From Trypanosoma brucei (taxonomy: Eukaryota): DNA of 64,000 nucleotides. The position numbers and the translations under genes were made by a program. Positions 12,876-22,708 of the stretch are shown piece by piece. Each line of letters opens with the position of its first letter. The stretch's first letter is position 1. A model generated the notes under the pieces. It did not search any database, was not told the origin of the DNA, and worked only from the letters and a program-made list of their open reading frames with translations. The stretch covers positions 416,001 to 480,000 of the forward strand of contig AL929603.2 in assembly GCA_000002445.1 (NCBI GenBank), given 5' to 3'.

Positions 12876-14357
12876 ATGTCTACACGTAGCGGTAAGCAGG
12901 CATCGATGTGTGGGAAGAAGCGGCTGAAGTCGGTGAGCGACATTATCAACGAACAGTTTAGTGGGAATGGTGCTGAGAGGAATGATATGGACGCGTGGGA
13001 TGAGCTGGGTGGCGACAAGCCGCAGATTGACGACTATTACGAGGGAAATGACAGCGGTAATGAGGGAGCGGATGACTTTGATGGAATGCCCCCACTATCA
13101 ACTACCAAGCGCCGTCGCACAGAACACAAACTTCCACAACGAAAAGAAGAAAAACGCCTTCGTCGGCGCGGTCCGTTAGATCCATCACTCTCTGCGGGAG
13201 ATTACGCCGCCACTCCGGTCGACGTGGAGGCAGCAATGGACGGGATATTTGGAGCACTCGAAATGGGCGAGGACGATGAGGAGGACATATCGGGTGAAGG
13301 CGATGCCAAAGGTTCAAAAAGGGGGGGAGGACGCAAGTACGAGACGGAGGAGCAATACGTCAAGTGGCTGGAGGCGCAGCAGGCGAAAAAATTATCGAAG
13401 CGTCCTGATTCTGGTCTTACAGAGGAAGATGATATTCTACAACAGTTGGAATCGTTGCGCAGTGCGCAGGTGGAGTTGCTACATAAGCAGGAATCAGGCG
13501 ATACCTCTAACCCGCAGGCAAGAGAGCGGGAGCAAGTACAAAAGGCCATTCACCACTATGTGATGGTGTACTCGCAGTTGCTTAGGATGCGTATAAAGCT
13601 TCAACCCGTGGTCGCGCGCGCAGTTACCTTCCCGCAATATTATGCACTGAAAGACTTTCTTCAAAATGGTGATGAAACAATAAAGAAAGAGACGAAGGTA
13701 GTTACAGGCTCCCTCAAGGAACTCCTCGGCACCTTTCTTTCCTTGGCAGCAGGGGGAAAGAAGGGGGAGGACAACGGCAAACCCACGACTCGAGGCACTG
13801 TGCCCAGTTTTAAGGAGGTTAACGTAATTCACAAACGTTTTATAGCTGGGGCCGATGCGTGCATTGAGCACTGGGGGGCCAAATTTGTGCAATCAAATAG
13901 TGCTAAACTTCACACCGTTTCACAGCCACTCATACAACAAATTCGCACTATACTATCCAGTAGGGCACCTCTGCGTGCGAGGGTACAGAAAAACAGGGCA
14001 CATGTGACAATACTGGGGCACCCGGAGCATTACCGTGCCACACAGTCCGGAGAACACAAGGCGGCCCGTGCCCTCCACATTGCCGATGGGGATATTGATG
14101 GCGAAATATATGATGATGGTGAGTTTCTCCGTGAAGTGGTTCGCCGTGGTGGTGCTGTAAAATTGCAGCAGCAACTTCAAGAAATACAGCGTGAGCTGCA
14201 GTCCAGTGAGGAACCAGCGAAGCGTGGCTTTCATAGGTTGACTAAAGGTAAGGCAGTTAATTACGAACCGCGGCCCAAGTTGGTTGGTTTCCTTCTACCT
14301 GTGCCGTTCGCAGTGAATGGGCAGCATGAGGTGTTGTTCAAGTCTTTATTCCAATAA
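12876..14357 (+). CDS. AATF/Che-1 / Bfr2-like nucleolar protein (acidic N-terminal region, AATF-Che1 and TRAUB-like segments)
   Basis: An acidic N-terminus is followed by YVMVYSQLLRMRIKLQPVV, which matches the AATF-Che1 core (LelRIklQ). It is then followed by IYDDGEFLREVV, which matches the TRAUB motif (fDDsDFYqqLL). Confidence 0.55.
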   Translation: MSTRSGKQASMCGKKRLKSVSDIINEQFSGNGAERNDMDAWDELGGDKPQIDDYYEGNDSGNEGADDFDGMPPLSTTKRRRTEHKLPQRKEEKRLRRRGPLDPSLSAGDYAATPVDVEAAMDGIFGALEMGEDDEEDISGEGDAKGSKRGGGRKYETEEQYVKWLEAQQAKKLSKRPDSGLTEEDDILQQLESLRSAQVELLHKQESGDTSNPQAREREQVQKAIHHYVMVYSQLLRMRIKLQPVVARAVTFPQYYALKDFLQNGDETIKKETKVVTGSLKELLGTFLSLAAGGKKGEDNGKPTTRGTVPSFKEVNVIHKRFIAGADACIEHWGAKFVQSNSAKLHTVSQPLIQQIRTILSSRAPLRARVQKNRAHVTILGHPEHYRATQSGEHKAARALHIADGDIDGEIYDDGEFLREVVRRGGAVKLQQQLQEIQRELQSSEEPAKRGFHRLTKGKAVNYEPRPKLVGFLLPVPFAVNGQHEVLFKSLFQ

Positions 14358-14683
14358 AGCAGTGACGGCACGACTGTTTAAGGTAGAGCCGAGCGAATAC
14401 GCGTCGCAACCGCACGGAACCGGGACGAGGTTACTAAGATTTAGCATGATACGGGATGATTACCAAAAGAAGAAAAGAAAAAAGGGTATCTAGTGAAGGA
14501 GGGAAGTGAGCCGTCATATGGAAATATCTTTGAAACTATAAAATTAATTCGGTTAAGGCACATCTAACAACATGCACCTTCTCTCTGATTGTGCGTTAGG
14601 CTGGGGGACGAATGACGGAAGGTGCGTGCTTGTTAATCGTTACTCAATGAGCTTGTGAAGGGAGAGGTAATGTGTATTCGCGT

Positions 14684-14703
14684 TGTGTGTGTGTGTGTGT
14701 GTT
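14684..14703. repeat. (GT)n microsatellite
   Basis: gtgtgtgtgtgtgtgtgtgt in an intergenic region. Confidence 0.9.
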
Positions 14704-14942
14704 TGACAAATTCCTGTTTCCTTGGTTTTGTAAAAAAAGAAAAAAACTTTTAAAGTACGATGTGAGGCGCTTCTGACGTTTATCTTCTTTTCGTGGAACA
14801 CAACAATAGACCCTAAAACAATTGAAGCGTCATACAGCAGCAGCCGTTTCAACAGGAAGAAAAAGAGCAGCCCAGCACTTAACGAAGAAAGTTGCGGACA
14901 TCGCTAATTTGTTAACTTATCTTTTTTTTTTTGAAGTCCTCT

Positions 14943-17900
14943 ATGGAGAAACAGCTCTTCGCCATCTTAAGCAGTGGTAGTAGAAAAGGTGGGAGTGCGG
15001 GGGAGAGACGGCAAGCCTTTTCTACGGCATTTGAAGCTTCATTATTTTCCACCACGTACAATGAACCTGCTAGCGCGAAAAAGGGGTCAAAGCGCCCCAA
15101 AGCCACAGACAAGGAAACCCGTGAAGATGAGTGTCTACGGCATGCTGTGAACTCATTTTTTACTATGCCGACACCGGGGCCACTAGAAACATTCTTTTTG
15201 CGAGCTGCAGCGATGCTTCACTCCTACACGCTGCTGCTTCCCGAAAAGGACGGAGAAGCAGGGGAGTTACCCGGTGTTGTAAAAGAGGCAGCTATCGCAT
15301 TTTCCAGCGCAATATTCGCGCCACGGTTGCGTGCTGCGTGCGAAAGCCTTAAAGTCGAGGAAAAATGTTCTGCTTGGGTGTCAACAAATAATTGTGGCGC
15401 GGGTGCAGAGGCATTGAATCATCCTCTTTGGCACTGTTTTTTGTGTATATTTCTACAACAACTTTCAGCACGGGGTGGTAGCATTGCTTCTTGGCGGAAA
15501 TTCATCTCCGATTGCGCAGATGGGTCACATGCATCGGCGCATCCACAAGAAGGTGATTGTGGCCGCGACGAAAGTGAGGAAGACAAGGGAAGTAGCACCA
15601 ACATCACCTGTGAAGATGAGTGCACACGCCTTGCTGTAGCTGCGTGGGGAGCTGTCTCCCTAAAACTACTTGACGCAACCGTAGGACGCACGCGTTACCG
15701 ACGTACGGCTGTACTTTGTCGCTCTGTTTGCCCGCACATCGTGGCACAGGCCCCCGGTACCACATATCAATTACTTGATATCTTGCATGGATTTATGAGC
15801 GCTTGGAGGGAGCGATACAGCAAGGCATCGTCAAATGGAAGAGAAGGAAAGAAGGAAGATGACGACAACACGGAGGATGAAACGGGGGCCACCATCGTGA
15901 CGCTCTACGCGGAGCGTCTTGGTCACATTGTTGGTGACGGTCAAACGCACGCCATGCTTCTTGTCACTGCCATTGGTGCTGTACTCAGTGCAACATATGT
16001 CCTTCCGAAGCGCCAAAGACACGGAACTGTGGGGAGTGGCGATCCCTCGAAGTGGTATCCGCCGCGCTGCGAAGACCCCTCGTTAGGGCTTACGGAAAGC
16101 GAATGGCGTGCAACACACTTTCCCCCTATTGGCCGGTTGTTGCAATGCTTACACATTCATTCACTACTGAGTGTTCACGTTTTTGCATTCTGTATGCAAC
16201 TACGGATCGGCCTATCCTCTTCGCAACACGCGGAAGTCCGACAAAGGTTGGCACTGTGCTTCTACCTGACAGAGGTCTGTCCGGTCCATGTCGCACTCGC
16301 TATTTATTACTATGCCACTTCTCCTCAGAATGCACTCGCGCAAGGCTCTGGAGAGTTGCCAGGGGATGGACTGATGGCGTACACAAAGGCCCTTGACCAC
16401 TTCGTGACTGCGGCTCATAGTGAGTTGCTATTCTCCGTAACAGATTTACCAACCGGGCGTCGACGGCAACGTCACAACACGCGTGCTGCATCCGGTACAA
16501 AGGACGGCGGCCCTGATGATGATGATGATGATGAACCCACAGCAGTAGATGGTGAGTTGAAGGGCCCACGCTTCACAAAGATGGAATTCCCCGTGAGCTG
16601 CCCGACGTGGTCTCAGTACTTGACAGAGGGCACTGCAGGGAAGGCAACAAGTGGGCCAGCAGGACCTGCAACGAAACCAGTTGCAGGCACACTGCAGGTG
16701 GCTCCTTGCCGCTTCGTCGTGGAGCTGTTAGAGATTGGGCTGCCAATGCTTTCTGGGGCCACGATACATCTGTTGCAAAACGAAATGGATATGGACGTGT
16801 GCGCGGTGTCAACCGCAGCCATGCCTGCGGAGTGTGGAAGAGGTGTGGCAGCAATCATAATGGATCATTTTCATTCTATTTTTAGCAGGACAAACCCTAG
16901 CACCGCGTGCGTGGGTCCACTCCCAACAGAACGGCATTGGAATACTTCCATGATTCGTGTGCTTGGGGAGTATCTTCCCCTTCTGGAGGCTGTGTACGGC
17001 TACGTCGCGTCACAGTCGTTTATATCCTTTGTGCTAGAGCAGATCACGAAGGGATGTAAGGATTTCTTGTCAGCAGTTTTGGACCGACATAGCTGTAGCA
17101 CAGACGAAAGTAAACAAAGTGTGCAAGCACTGGCGAGAAAAGCATTAGCCTTGGCAGAGCGTTATCTCATTACAGTTGTCATGCCCTGTATGCGGGTGAT
17201 GTCACCCTCACCAATCGTATACGACCGACTGCAAGCGCTGTTTAATCTCTTCAAAGAGGAAGCCCCGAAAGTAAGTTTTGGTACCAGTCCAGCGGAGTTC
17301 CTGCACACAAGCGTATTCTGCAGCGCATTGCTTGCCACTGGGGTTTCCAACGACACACTTTCTTACCGCGCCCCGCACGAGAGGTTACGGTCAAAAGAAC
17401 TCGATGCACTTTTTACACAGTCACTGAAACGACTCACTCTTGGAAACGTTAACCGCTACCGCTGTATGCTGCGGCCCTCCATATATGCCAACCCGTTGCT
17501 AGCTGCTGAAAAGATGTTTAAGCAAGCTGTGGGGTACAATAACAACTTTTTACTGATTCACACGCAACTGCTGCGCGGCGCTCCTCCAGCTGTAATGACT
17601 CTCATCGCACACATGGGCCTCCACCACATGCAACACTATGCAGAAAATGAAAGATTTGGTACTGCCGATAGCACTCGTGTTTCTTGCATTGCGACGTTCC
17701 TCGCTGTGCTATGGCGGGAAAATCCAAACTCCTTTGACGGTGGGCTGCTTTTGCGGGCGGCAGAACACTCACTAAGACGTGAGGGGCGTGCATCCGTTGT
17801 TTTCGGTCTTGAGTTGCTGCGTGCTATCTTACATGAATTACTAGATACAAAATTGGAGCATGAGGGGAAGTTTACCCCAGAGCAACTGCAGGCGCTCGTC

Positions 17901-20303
17901 GCCCCTCATCGCACGCAGTGGTTTGTAAAGGGTGCGGCAGAGTCGTTTCGATGCGGCCGGTGGGACTCAACGTTTACACCAGTGGTGTTATCTGCTTCGG
18001 AAGCGAATCTGCGGAGTGCGCTGCAGCAACGTTGTATTATTCCGGCGGAGAAGGAAAGCAGTGACGACGATGCCGCTGCGGCCAATTGTGGAGACGGAAC
18101 GACGTGTAACGATAACGAAGAAAAGAAGGAGGAAGAAGTCGCACACAACAACACAACTGAGGATCAACAGTGTGGAGGTAGTTGGTCGTCGGTGGTGGAG
18201 GTCACGTTAGGGCAAGCCATCTTGCTGCACTTGTGTCGGCTACACAGCCGCATATATGCCGTACAGTCGGATCTCTCTGCACCGATGCAGCTTCTATTGC
18301 TTACCTGTGCCCGTGATTATAATGTAATCAATGACCTCCTTCTTTGTATGGAGACTTTGCTGACACAAGGCCCACCGCCAAAAGAGATTTACATGGTTGC
18401 AATGCCACACATTGCGCTTCGCCTCACTGCCCGCTTTGCAGCGAATGGAATAGTACGGCAAAGGCCGGAACAAAAGCATAACGGGCACTTGGCAGCAACT
18501 GAACCTTCTCATTGTGAGGGTGACGCCAATAACCATCATCTATGCGCCACTGTGGAAAGCATTTTCACTGTGATGCCGGCTGAGATTGGTGATCATATGG
18601 GAGACATGGCGTCCCTATGTAATATGGGTGGAAATATCTCCTTTGCACTCCTACAGAAGCTATCGTGCTACACTGCTGCGCACTTTGTATTCGAAGAGTC
18701 TGTGTACGTTGCGGCAGGAAAGGAACTTAACCGTTTTTACGTGATCGGTAACAAAAAGCAGAAGAACAGAGACGACGTACCTAACACTGGTGTGAACGTG
18801 CAGAAGGAATGCTTCCTGTTGTGGATGCAGGAACAGACCCGACAACTAAGGTATGAGAGGGAGTCACACCGCACCTTATATCAGAGGAGTGCCGAATCTT
18901 TGGGACAGCTCCTTGACGAATTGCGAAGCGGTGGTGTACTTACTGAGCCTGTTGAATTTGCGAAAGCCTATCTTTTGCCGCGTGCACTGATTAGTCTGGA
19001 GGACACGTTATTTGTATTTCACTTCCTCAGCTGGATGCTGAACAGCACTGAGGGTGATGAGCGGAACCGGGTCATAGACATTGCGCTTTCGCTCGTAACG
19101 GCGGGTATGAGCTTCTTTGTGGGGCTTACCGATGGGGAGTGCATGCGCTTAGGTGTTCTGCTAAGTTTTCTTCTCACACTTGTAGAAGACTGTGCGATAG
19201 ACCTCTCAGGTAACACGGGAGCTTCTGATAGTGACGAGGGCACCGGTGGTGGTAGCGCTGCGGATGGTGCAGCTTCAACATATCAACCACCTGGTATTAC
19301 CGCTGAGGCACTGAGAGCTCATTTGGATCCCGAAGCGCGGACTTTTCTAAACGTTCTTTCAGCAAGGGTCCAGGAGGAAGACGAGAAGGGGGATGAGGAG
19401 GCCGACAATCAGGTGCAGGAGGGTCCAACAGCTCCTTCCTACAGCAAGGTAGCGGCATATCCTCTGCAGCTGGAAGCGTATCTCTGTCGTGCTTTGGTGC
19501 AGGTGCTTGTGCACCAGTGGGACGTTCAGTACCTTCACCGTAACGCCTTTATTGTTCTTGAACACCTTACAAAAGGTAAGCATCGGTTCCCGTCCACGCT
19601 GTGCGCAGCGGACTGGCTTATTACCGTCGTTTCGCTACATGCAGTGAAAAGCTCGTCGTCATACGCCTCAGCAACGGCAGTGCTCCAAGCGCTCAAGGAG
19701 AACCGCCAACGACGTTGTGAGTTGGTGGAGAGAAGGAAGAGCGCGGGAAACTCGGTGAAGAAGACGAACAGATGGCTGAAGCTACTGAAGGACAGAGAGG
19801 AATTCATGCAACTGTTGTTGGCTCCGGATATGGCAGCAGCTGAAAAGAAGATCTGCGAGAGGGAAGCTGTCATCGCTAGCAGTGTGGCACTGGCCGACGC
19901 TGAGGGTGACGAGGAAGGGGCGGTTGCGGTTGAGGAAGGCGCAGTGAATGATAATGTGGAAAAGAATGAAGAACCAAACGAATCGGAGGGAGCTGAGGAT
20001 TTAGATGATAACAGTGATGCCGCGGACGATGCGCACAGCTCCGTTACCGGAGACAGGAGGGGAAGCAGTGGAGGTGAGTCAAGTTTCGAGGAGGAGGAGG
20101 AGGGGGAGGATGAAGAAAGGAGTCCATCAGCATCTGCATCTCATGGAGACCCAAACCATGGCTCTATAACGGATGGCAAGGGCCGCAACTCAACTTCTCC
20201 TCCACCGGAAGAGCCTGAAGCAAATGAGGTAGCAAATGCGAAATCACGAAAGAGACCCCGAGAGGGCAGCGTGGAGCGCACCGGTGGCGAAGAGGAGACG
20301 TGA
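14943..20303 (+). CDS. large hypothetical protein (1786 aa) with an acidic Ser/Glu-rich C-terminal tail and a basic NLS-like patch (KSRKRPREG)
   Basis: A long ORF with no confident domain. The ORF track starts it at a TTG (14931), and the first ATG is at 14943. That ATG is only a few nt after the nearest AG downstream of the T-tract, so the true start may be a later ATG. Confidence 0.6.
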   Translation: MEKQLFAILSSGSRKGGSAGERRQAFSTAFEASLFSTTYNEPASAKKGSKRPKATDKETREDECLRHAVNSFFTMPTPGPLETFFLRAAAMLHSYTLLLPEKDGEAGELPGVVKEAAIAFSSAIFAPRLRAACESLKVEEKCSAWVSTNNCGAGAEALNHPLWHCFLCIFLQQLSARGGSIASWRKFISDCADGSHASAHPQEGDCGRDESEEDKGSSTNITCEDECTRLAVAAWGAVSLKLLDATVGRTRYRRTAVLCRSVCPHIVAQAPGTTYQLLDILHGFMSAWRERYSKASSNGREGKKEDDDNTEDETGATIVTLYAERLGHIVGDGQTHAMLLVTAIGAVLSATYVLPKRQRHGTVGSGDPSKWYPPRCEDPSLGLTESEWRATHFPPIGRLLQCLHIHSLLSVHVFAFCMQLRIGLSSSQHAEVRQRLALCFYLTEVCPVHVALAIYYYATSPQNALAQGSGELPGDGLMAYTKALDHFVTAAHSELLFSVTDLPTGRRRQRHNTRAASGTKDGGPDDDDDDEPTAVDGELKGPRFTKMEFPVSCPTWSQYLTEGTAGKATSGPAGPATKPVAGTLQVAPCRFVVELLEIGLPMLSGATIHLLQNEMDMDVCAVSTAAMPAECGRGVAAIIMDHFHSIFSRTNPSTACVGPLPTERHWNTSMIRVLGEYLPLLEAVYGYVASQSFISFVLEQITKGCKDFLSAVLDRHSCSTDESKQSVQALARKALALAERYLITVVMPCMRVMSPSPIVYDRLQALFNLFKEEAPKVSFGTSPAEFLHTSVFCSALLATGVSNDTLSYRAPHERLRSKELDALFTQSLKRLTLGNVNRYRCMLRPSIYANPLLAAEKMFKQAVGYNNNFLLIHTQLLRGAPPAVMTLIAHMGLHHMQHYAENERFGTADSTRVSCIATFLAVLWRENPNSFDGGLLLRAAEHSLRREGRASVVFGLELLRAILHELLDTKLEHEGKFTPEQLQALVAPHRTQWFVKGAAESFRCGRWDSTFTPVVLSASEANLRSALQQRCIIPAEKESSDDDAAAANCGDGTTCNDNEEKKEEEVAHNNTTEDQQCGGSWSSVVEVTLGQAILLHLCRLHSRIYAVQSDLSAPMQLLLLTCARDYNVINDLLLCMETLLTQGPPPKEIYMVAMPHIALRLTARFAANGIVRQRPEQKHNGHLAATEPSHCEGDANNHHLCATVESIFTVMPAEIGDHMGDMASLCNMGGNISFALLQKLSCYTAAHFVFEESVYVAAGKELNRFYVIGNKKQKNRDDVPNTGVNVQKECFLLWMQEQTRQLRYERESHRTLYQRSAESLGQLLDELRSGGVLTEPVEFAKAYLLPRALISLEDTLFVFHFLSWMLNSTEGDERNRVIDIALSLVTAGMSFFVGLTDGECMRLGVLLSFLLTLVEDCAIDLSGNTGASDSDEGTGGGSAADGAASTYQPPGITAEALRAHLDPEARTFLNVLSARVQEEDEKGDEEADNQVQEGPTAPSYSKVAAYPLQLEAYLCRALVQVLVHQWDVQYLHRNAFIVLEHLTKGKHRFPSTLCAADWLITVVSLHAVKSSSSYASATAVLQALKENRQRRCELVERRKSAGNSVKKTNRWLKLLKDREEFMQLLLAPDMAAAEKKICEREAVIASSVALADAEGDEEGAVAVEEGAVNDNVEKNEEPNESEGAEDLDDNSDAADDAHSSVTGDRRGSSGGESSFEEEEEGEDEERSPSASASHGDPNHGSITDGKGRNSTSPPPEEPEANEVANAKSRKRPREGSVERTGGEEET

Positions 20304-20939
20304 GGAGAGGTTTTTGTGGTGTTGGGATAAAGGGGGAAAGGCGATCCATGAGGAAGGCGACTGTAAGAGTTGTCAGGTCCTTTAACGTTGCAGTGTTTGC
20401 ATTGCTGCAGTTATTCCCGCTTTTGAGTCTCAGTAACAAGGAATGGAGCGGGAAAGGGTTCTGGTGAAACCAGCAACAGGGGTAATGCGAATTTTCTAAT
20501 ACGAGAACTAACGGCTCCACGTTGTGCCCATTTCGTGGTGAAATTTATGAGGAAAAATTATACATTTCCAGGGTACCTTTAACGCCGGCGCTAAAATGAG
20601 TCTCTTTTTTTTTTTGGTGTGTAATTGAACGGGAACTTGTGAATGAATATCCGCAGTTGAAGGGGGTGGTTGCGTCAAAGTGCTTAATGGGCTTGTCACC
20701 ACCATCACCCCTTATTTTCCCCCTCCCTCCCCCCCTTTTCCGCACCAACCGAAAAGCAGTTGAAACACAACTGAAGGCACGCATAGGGTGAGAAGAGGGA
20801 AAGTTAAATTGCTCAGCCGCACCGAAGAGCTGTTAGGAAAAGGGAGGTATTTAGCAAGCAGCGATATATTGATATGTGTGACCTATTTTCATCGTCTTCT
20901 GTTTTCTCCTTTTGCTCTTCGGCTTTTGAGAGGTTTAGT

Positions 20940-22166
20940 ATGCAAGCTACACTGGGGTTTGCCTTCCCCCATCCGCAACGAAAACAGCAGGTCTATGAAA
21001 TCTCCATAACCGTGTTTGTGCCAGCACCGGAGACACGACCCCGCACAGTGGCCAATTTCTATTATATGTGCACAGGGGAGCTTCCTCCCACGTATCCCAC
21101 GTATGGAGCGGTCGTTGGTAACAATAACACAGTTTGTGGTGCCCTTCCATCACTGGAGGCTATAAAATCAAATGCTAGTTTGAAACCGTTCGAGGGGAGT
21201 GCGGTGGTACGCATCGAAAAGGGTGTTGTTCTAGAAATTGGAAGCAGCACAACAAAAACAATATTCGGTGGTTTTACAGAAGATGAGTCGTCCCCTTTGG
21301 CGAAAGAGTCAGCGTCAGTGGGCGCAAGTAAAGCAGCGGCTGGGCGACAGTCAGTAAGCGCTTCAATGCAGGAGCTGCGAGCGGGGACGCTTCTCATCGG
21401 AAACATGGGGATACCCAATTCCAATGGTAGCCGCTATTATATCCTCTTACAGGATGCTTCAGTAAATGAAAGGAAGGCAGAGTTCAGTCCATACAAGCCA
21501 CTCGGTTTTGTCATTTCCGGTATGGAGGCACTACAGGCGGCGTGTGCGTCAGTTGCAGTACACCCACGGACACTGGTACCCACGCAAAAGGTGAAGATGT
21601 TGGTATCTGAGGTTCATTTTCGCCGCAGCGTCATGCAACCGGCGGAAGCTATGGCAAAGCAGAGACTTGCGAATATTGCTCCAACGGCCGGTCGTACACG
21701 ATGTCGCGACGAGTTCGAAGGGAGTGAAATTGCAAAGGAAGGACTTGATAGTAACACGAGTGTTTTCTTTGATCATACCCGCAAATTCCCATTGTGGGGC
21801 AACGAATCGCATGGCGGTGCGAATGGTGAGAGCGGCGGCAATCTCCCACAGGCTAAGCGACCACGCACCGAAAGGGTTGTTAGTAATGATGACGGCAGCG
21901 TGTCACTGCGTAAAACGGCGGTAGAGGGCCCAGCGGGCGAGCCATTTGACTACATGGCAGCGCAGGAGGCGGTGTTCCTCAATGATATAGATCTCATAGC
22001 AGAAACCCAAGCTGTTCGACACCGCCGTCGCGCAAAACGGCAGCAAAAGAAGCGAAAACACGCAGGAAGTGGACAGAGTAAGTCGGCGGGAGCGGACAAT
22101 AGCAAAAAGGGAAAGCATGCTGTGCCCCCTTCAGGTGGAGGAAAGGTTCTGCGAAGGCGATACTAA
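20940..22166 (+). CDS. divergent cyclophilin-like domain protein with a Lys/Arg-rich C-terminal tail
   Basis: Four conserved cyclophilin blocks are recognisable in order. PRTVANFYYMCTGE corresponds to PKTAENFRALCTGE. TIFGGFTEDE corresponds to SIYGEKFEDE. LLIGNMGIPNSNGSRYYIL corresponds to LSMANAGPNTNGSQFFI. LGFVISGMEALQ corresponds to VFGKVKEGMNIV. Several catalytic-site residues are substituted. The tail RHRRRAKRQQKKRKH...KVLRRRY is NLS-like. The ORF track starts at 20874, and I chose the Met at 20940 that sits directly before the conserved domain. Confidence 0.55.
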   Translation: MQATLGFAFPHPQRKQQVYEISITVFVPAPETRPRTVANFYYMCTGELPPTYPTYGAVVGNNNTVCGALPSLEAIKSNASLKPFEGSAVVRIEKGVVLEIGSSTTKTIFGGFTEDESSPLAKESASVGASKAAAGRQSVSASMQELRAGTLLIGNMGIPNSNGSRYYILLQDASVNERKAEFSPYKPLGFVISGMEALQAACASVAVHPRTLVPTQKVKMLVSEVHFRRSVMQPAEAMAKQRLANIAPTAGRTRCRDEFEGSEIAKEGLDSNTSVFFDHTRKFPLWGNESHGGANGESGGNLPQAKRPRTERVVSNDDGSVSLRKTAVEGPAGEPFDYMAAQEAVFLNDIDLIAETQAVRHRRRAKRQQKKRKHAGSGQSKSAGADNSKKGKHAVPPSGGGKVLRRRY

Positions 22167-22708
22167 ATGGTACCAGCCGCAGTTTTAGGGAGGCGATAAA
22201 GAAAATGCAAGCAAGAGAAAGAGGTTTATGGGGAAACGTTCCCCTCCTCCTATTTTTTCCCCCTCCATGTACCACGCCCAAGCATAAATGGGTTAAGCTG
22301 ATGCAGCTGCTGCAAATCCAAGATGTTCCATGCCTACTGGATATTTTAATCTCTGGTGGGCTCTGATCGTACCGATGGTTATTTCATATCCCCCTTTTCA
22401 CCCTTCACCACGGTAGGGGTGCCACTTCCTTAACCCACAGCGGTTGTTTAATCACACAAGTGTGTATACCTTTCTTCCTTTTTGTTCAGCACGCGCTTAC
22501 GTTTCTCTTCTGTTTCTGTAAGCCGTTTGGCGCACACTTTTTTTAAAAAAACAAATAGCGGTCACTTTTGGACAAACCGACAGGCCGCTCCTCAGCGTTG
22601 GGCGCTTTATTCCTACGAAAAGATAAGAAGTGAAGAAACGCCTGTACATACGTCCATAGATTAATAACACCGCGGGAAAGAAGGAATATAATAAGCAATT
22701 AAGTTGGT

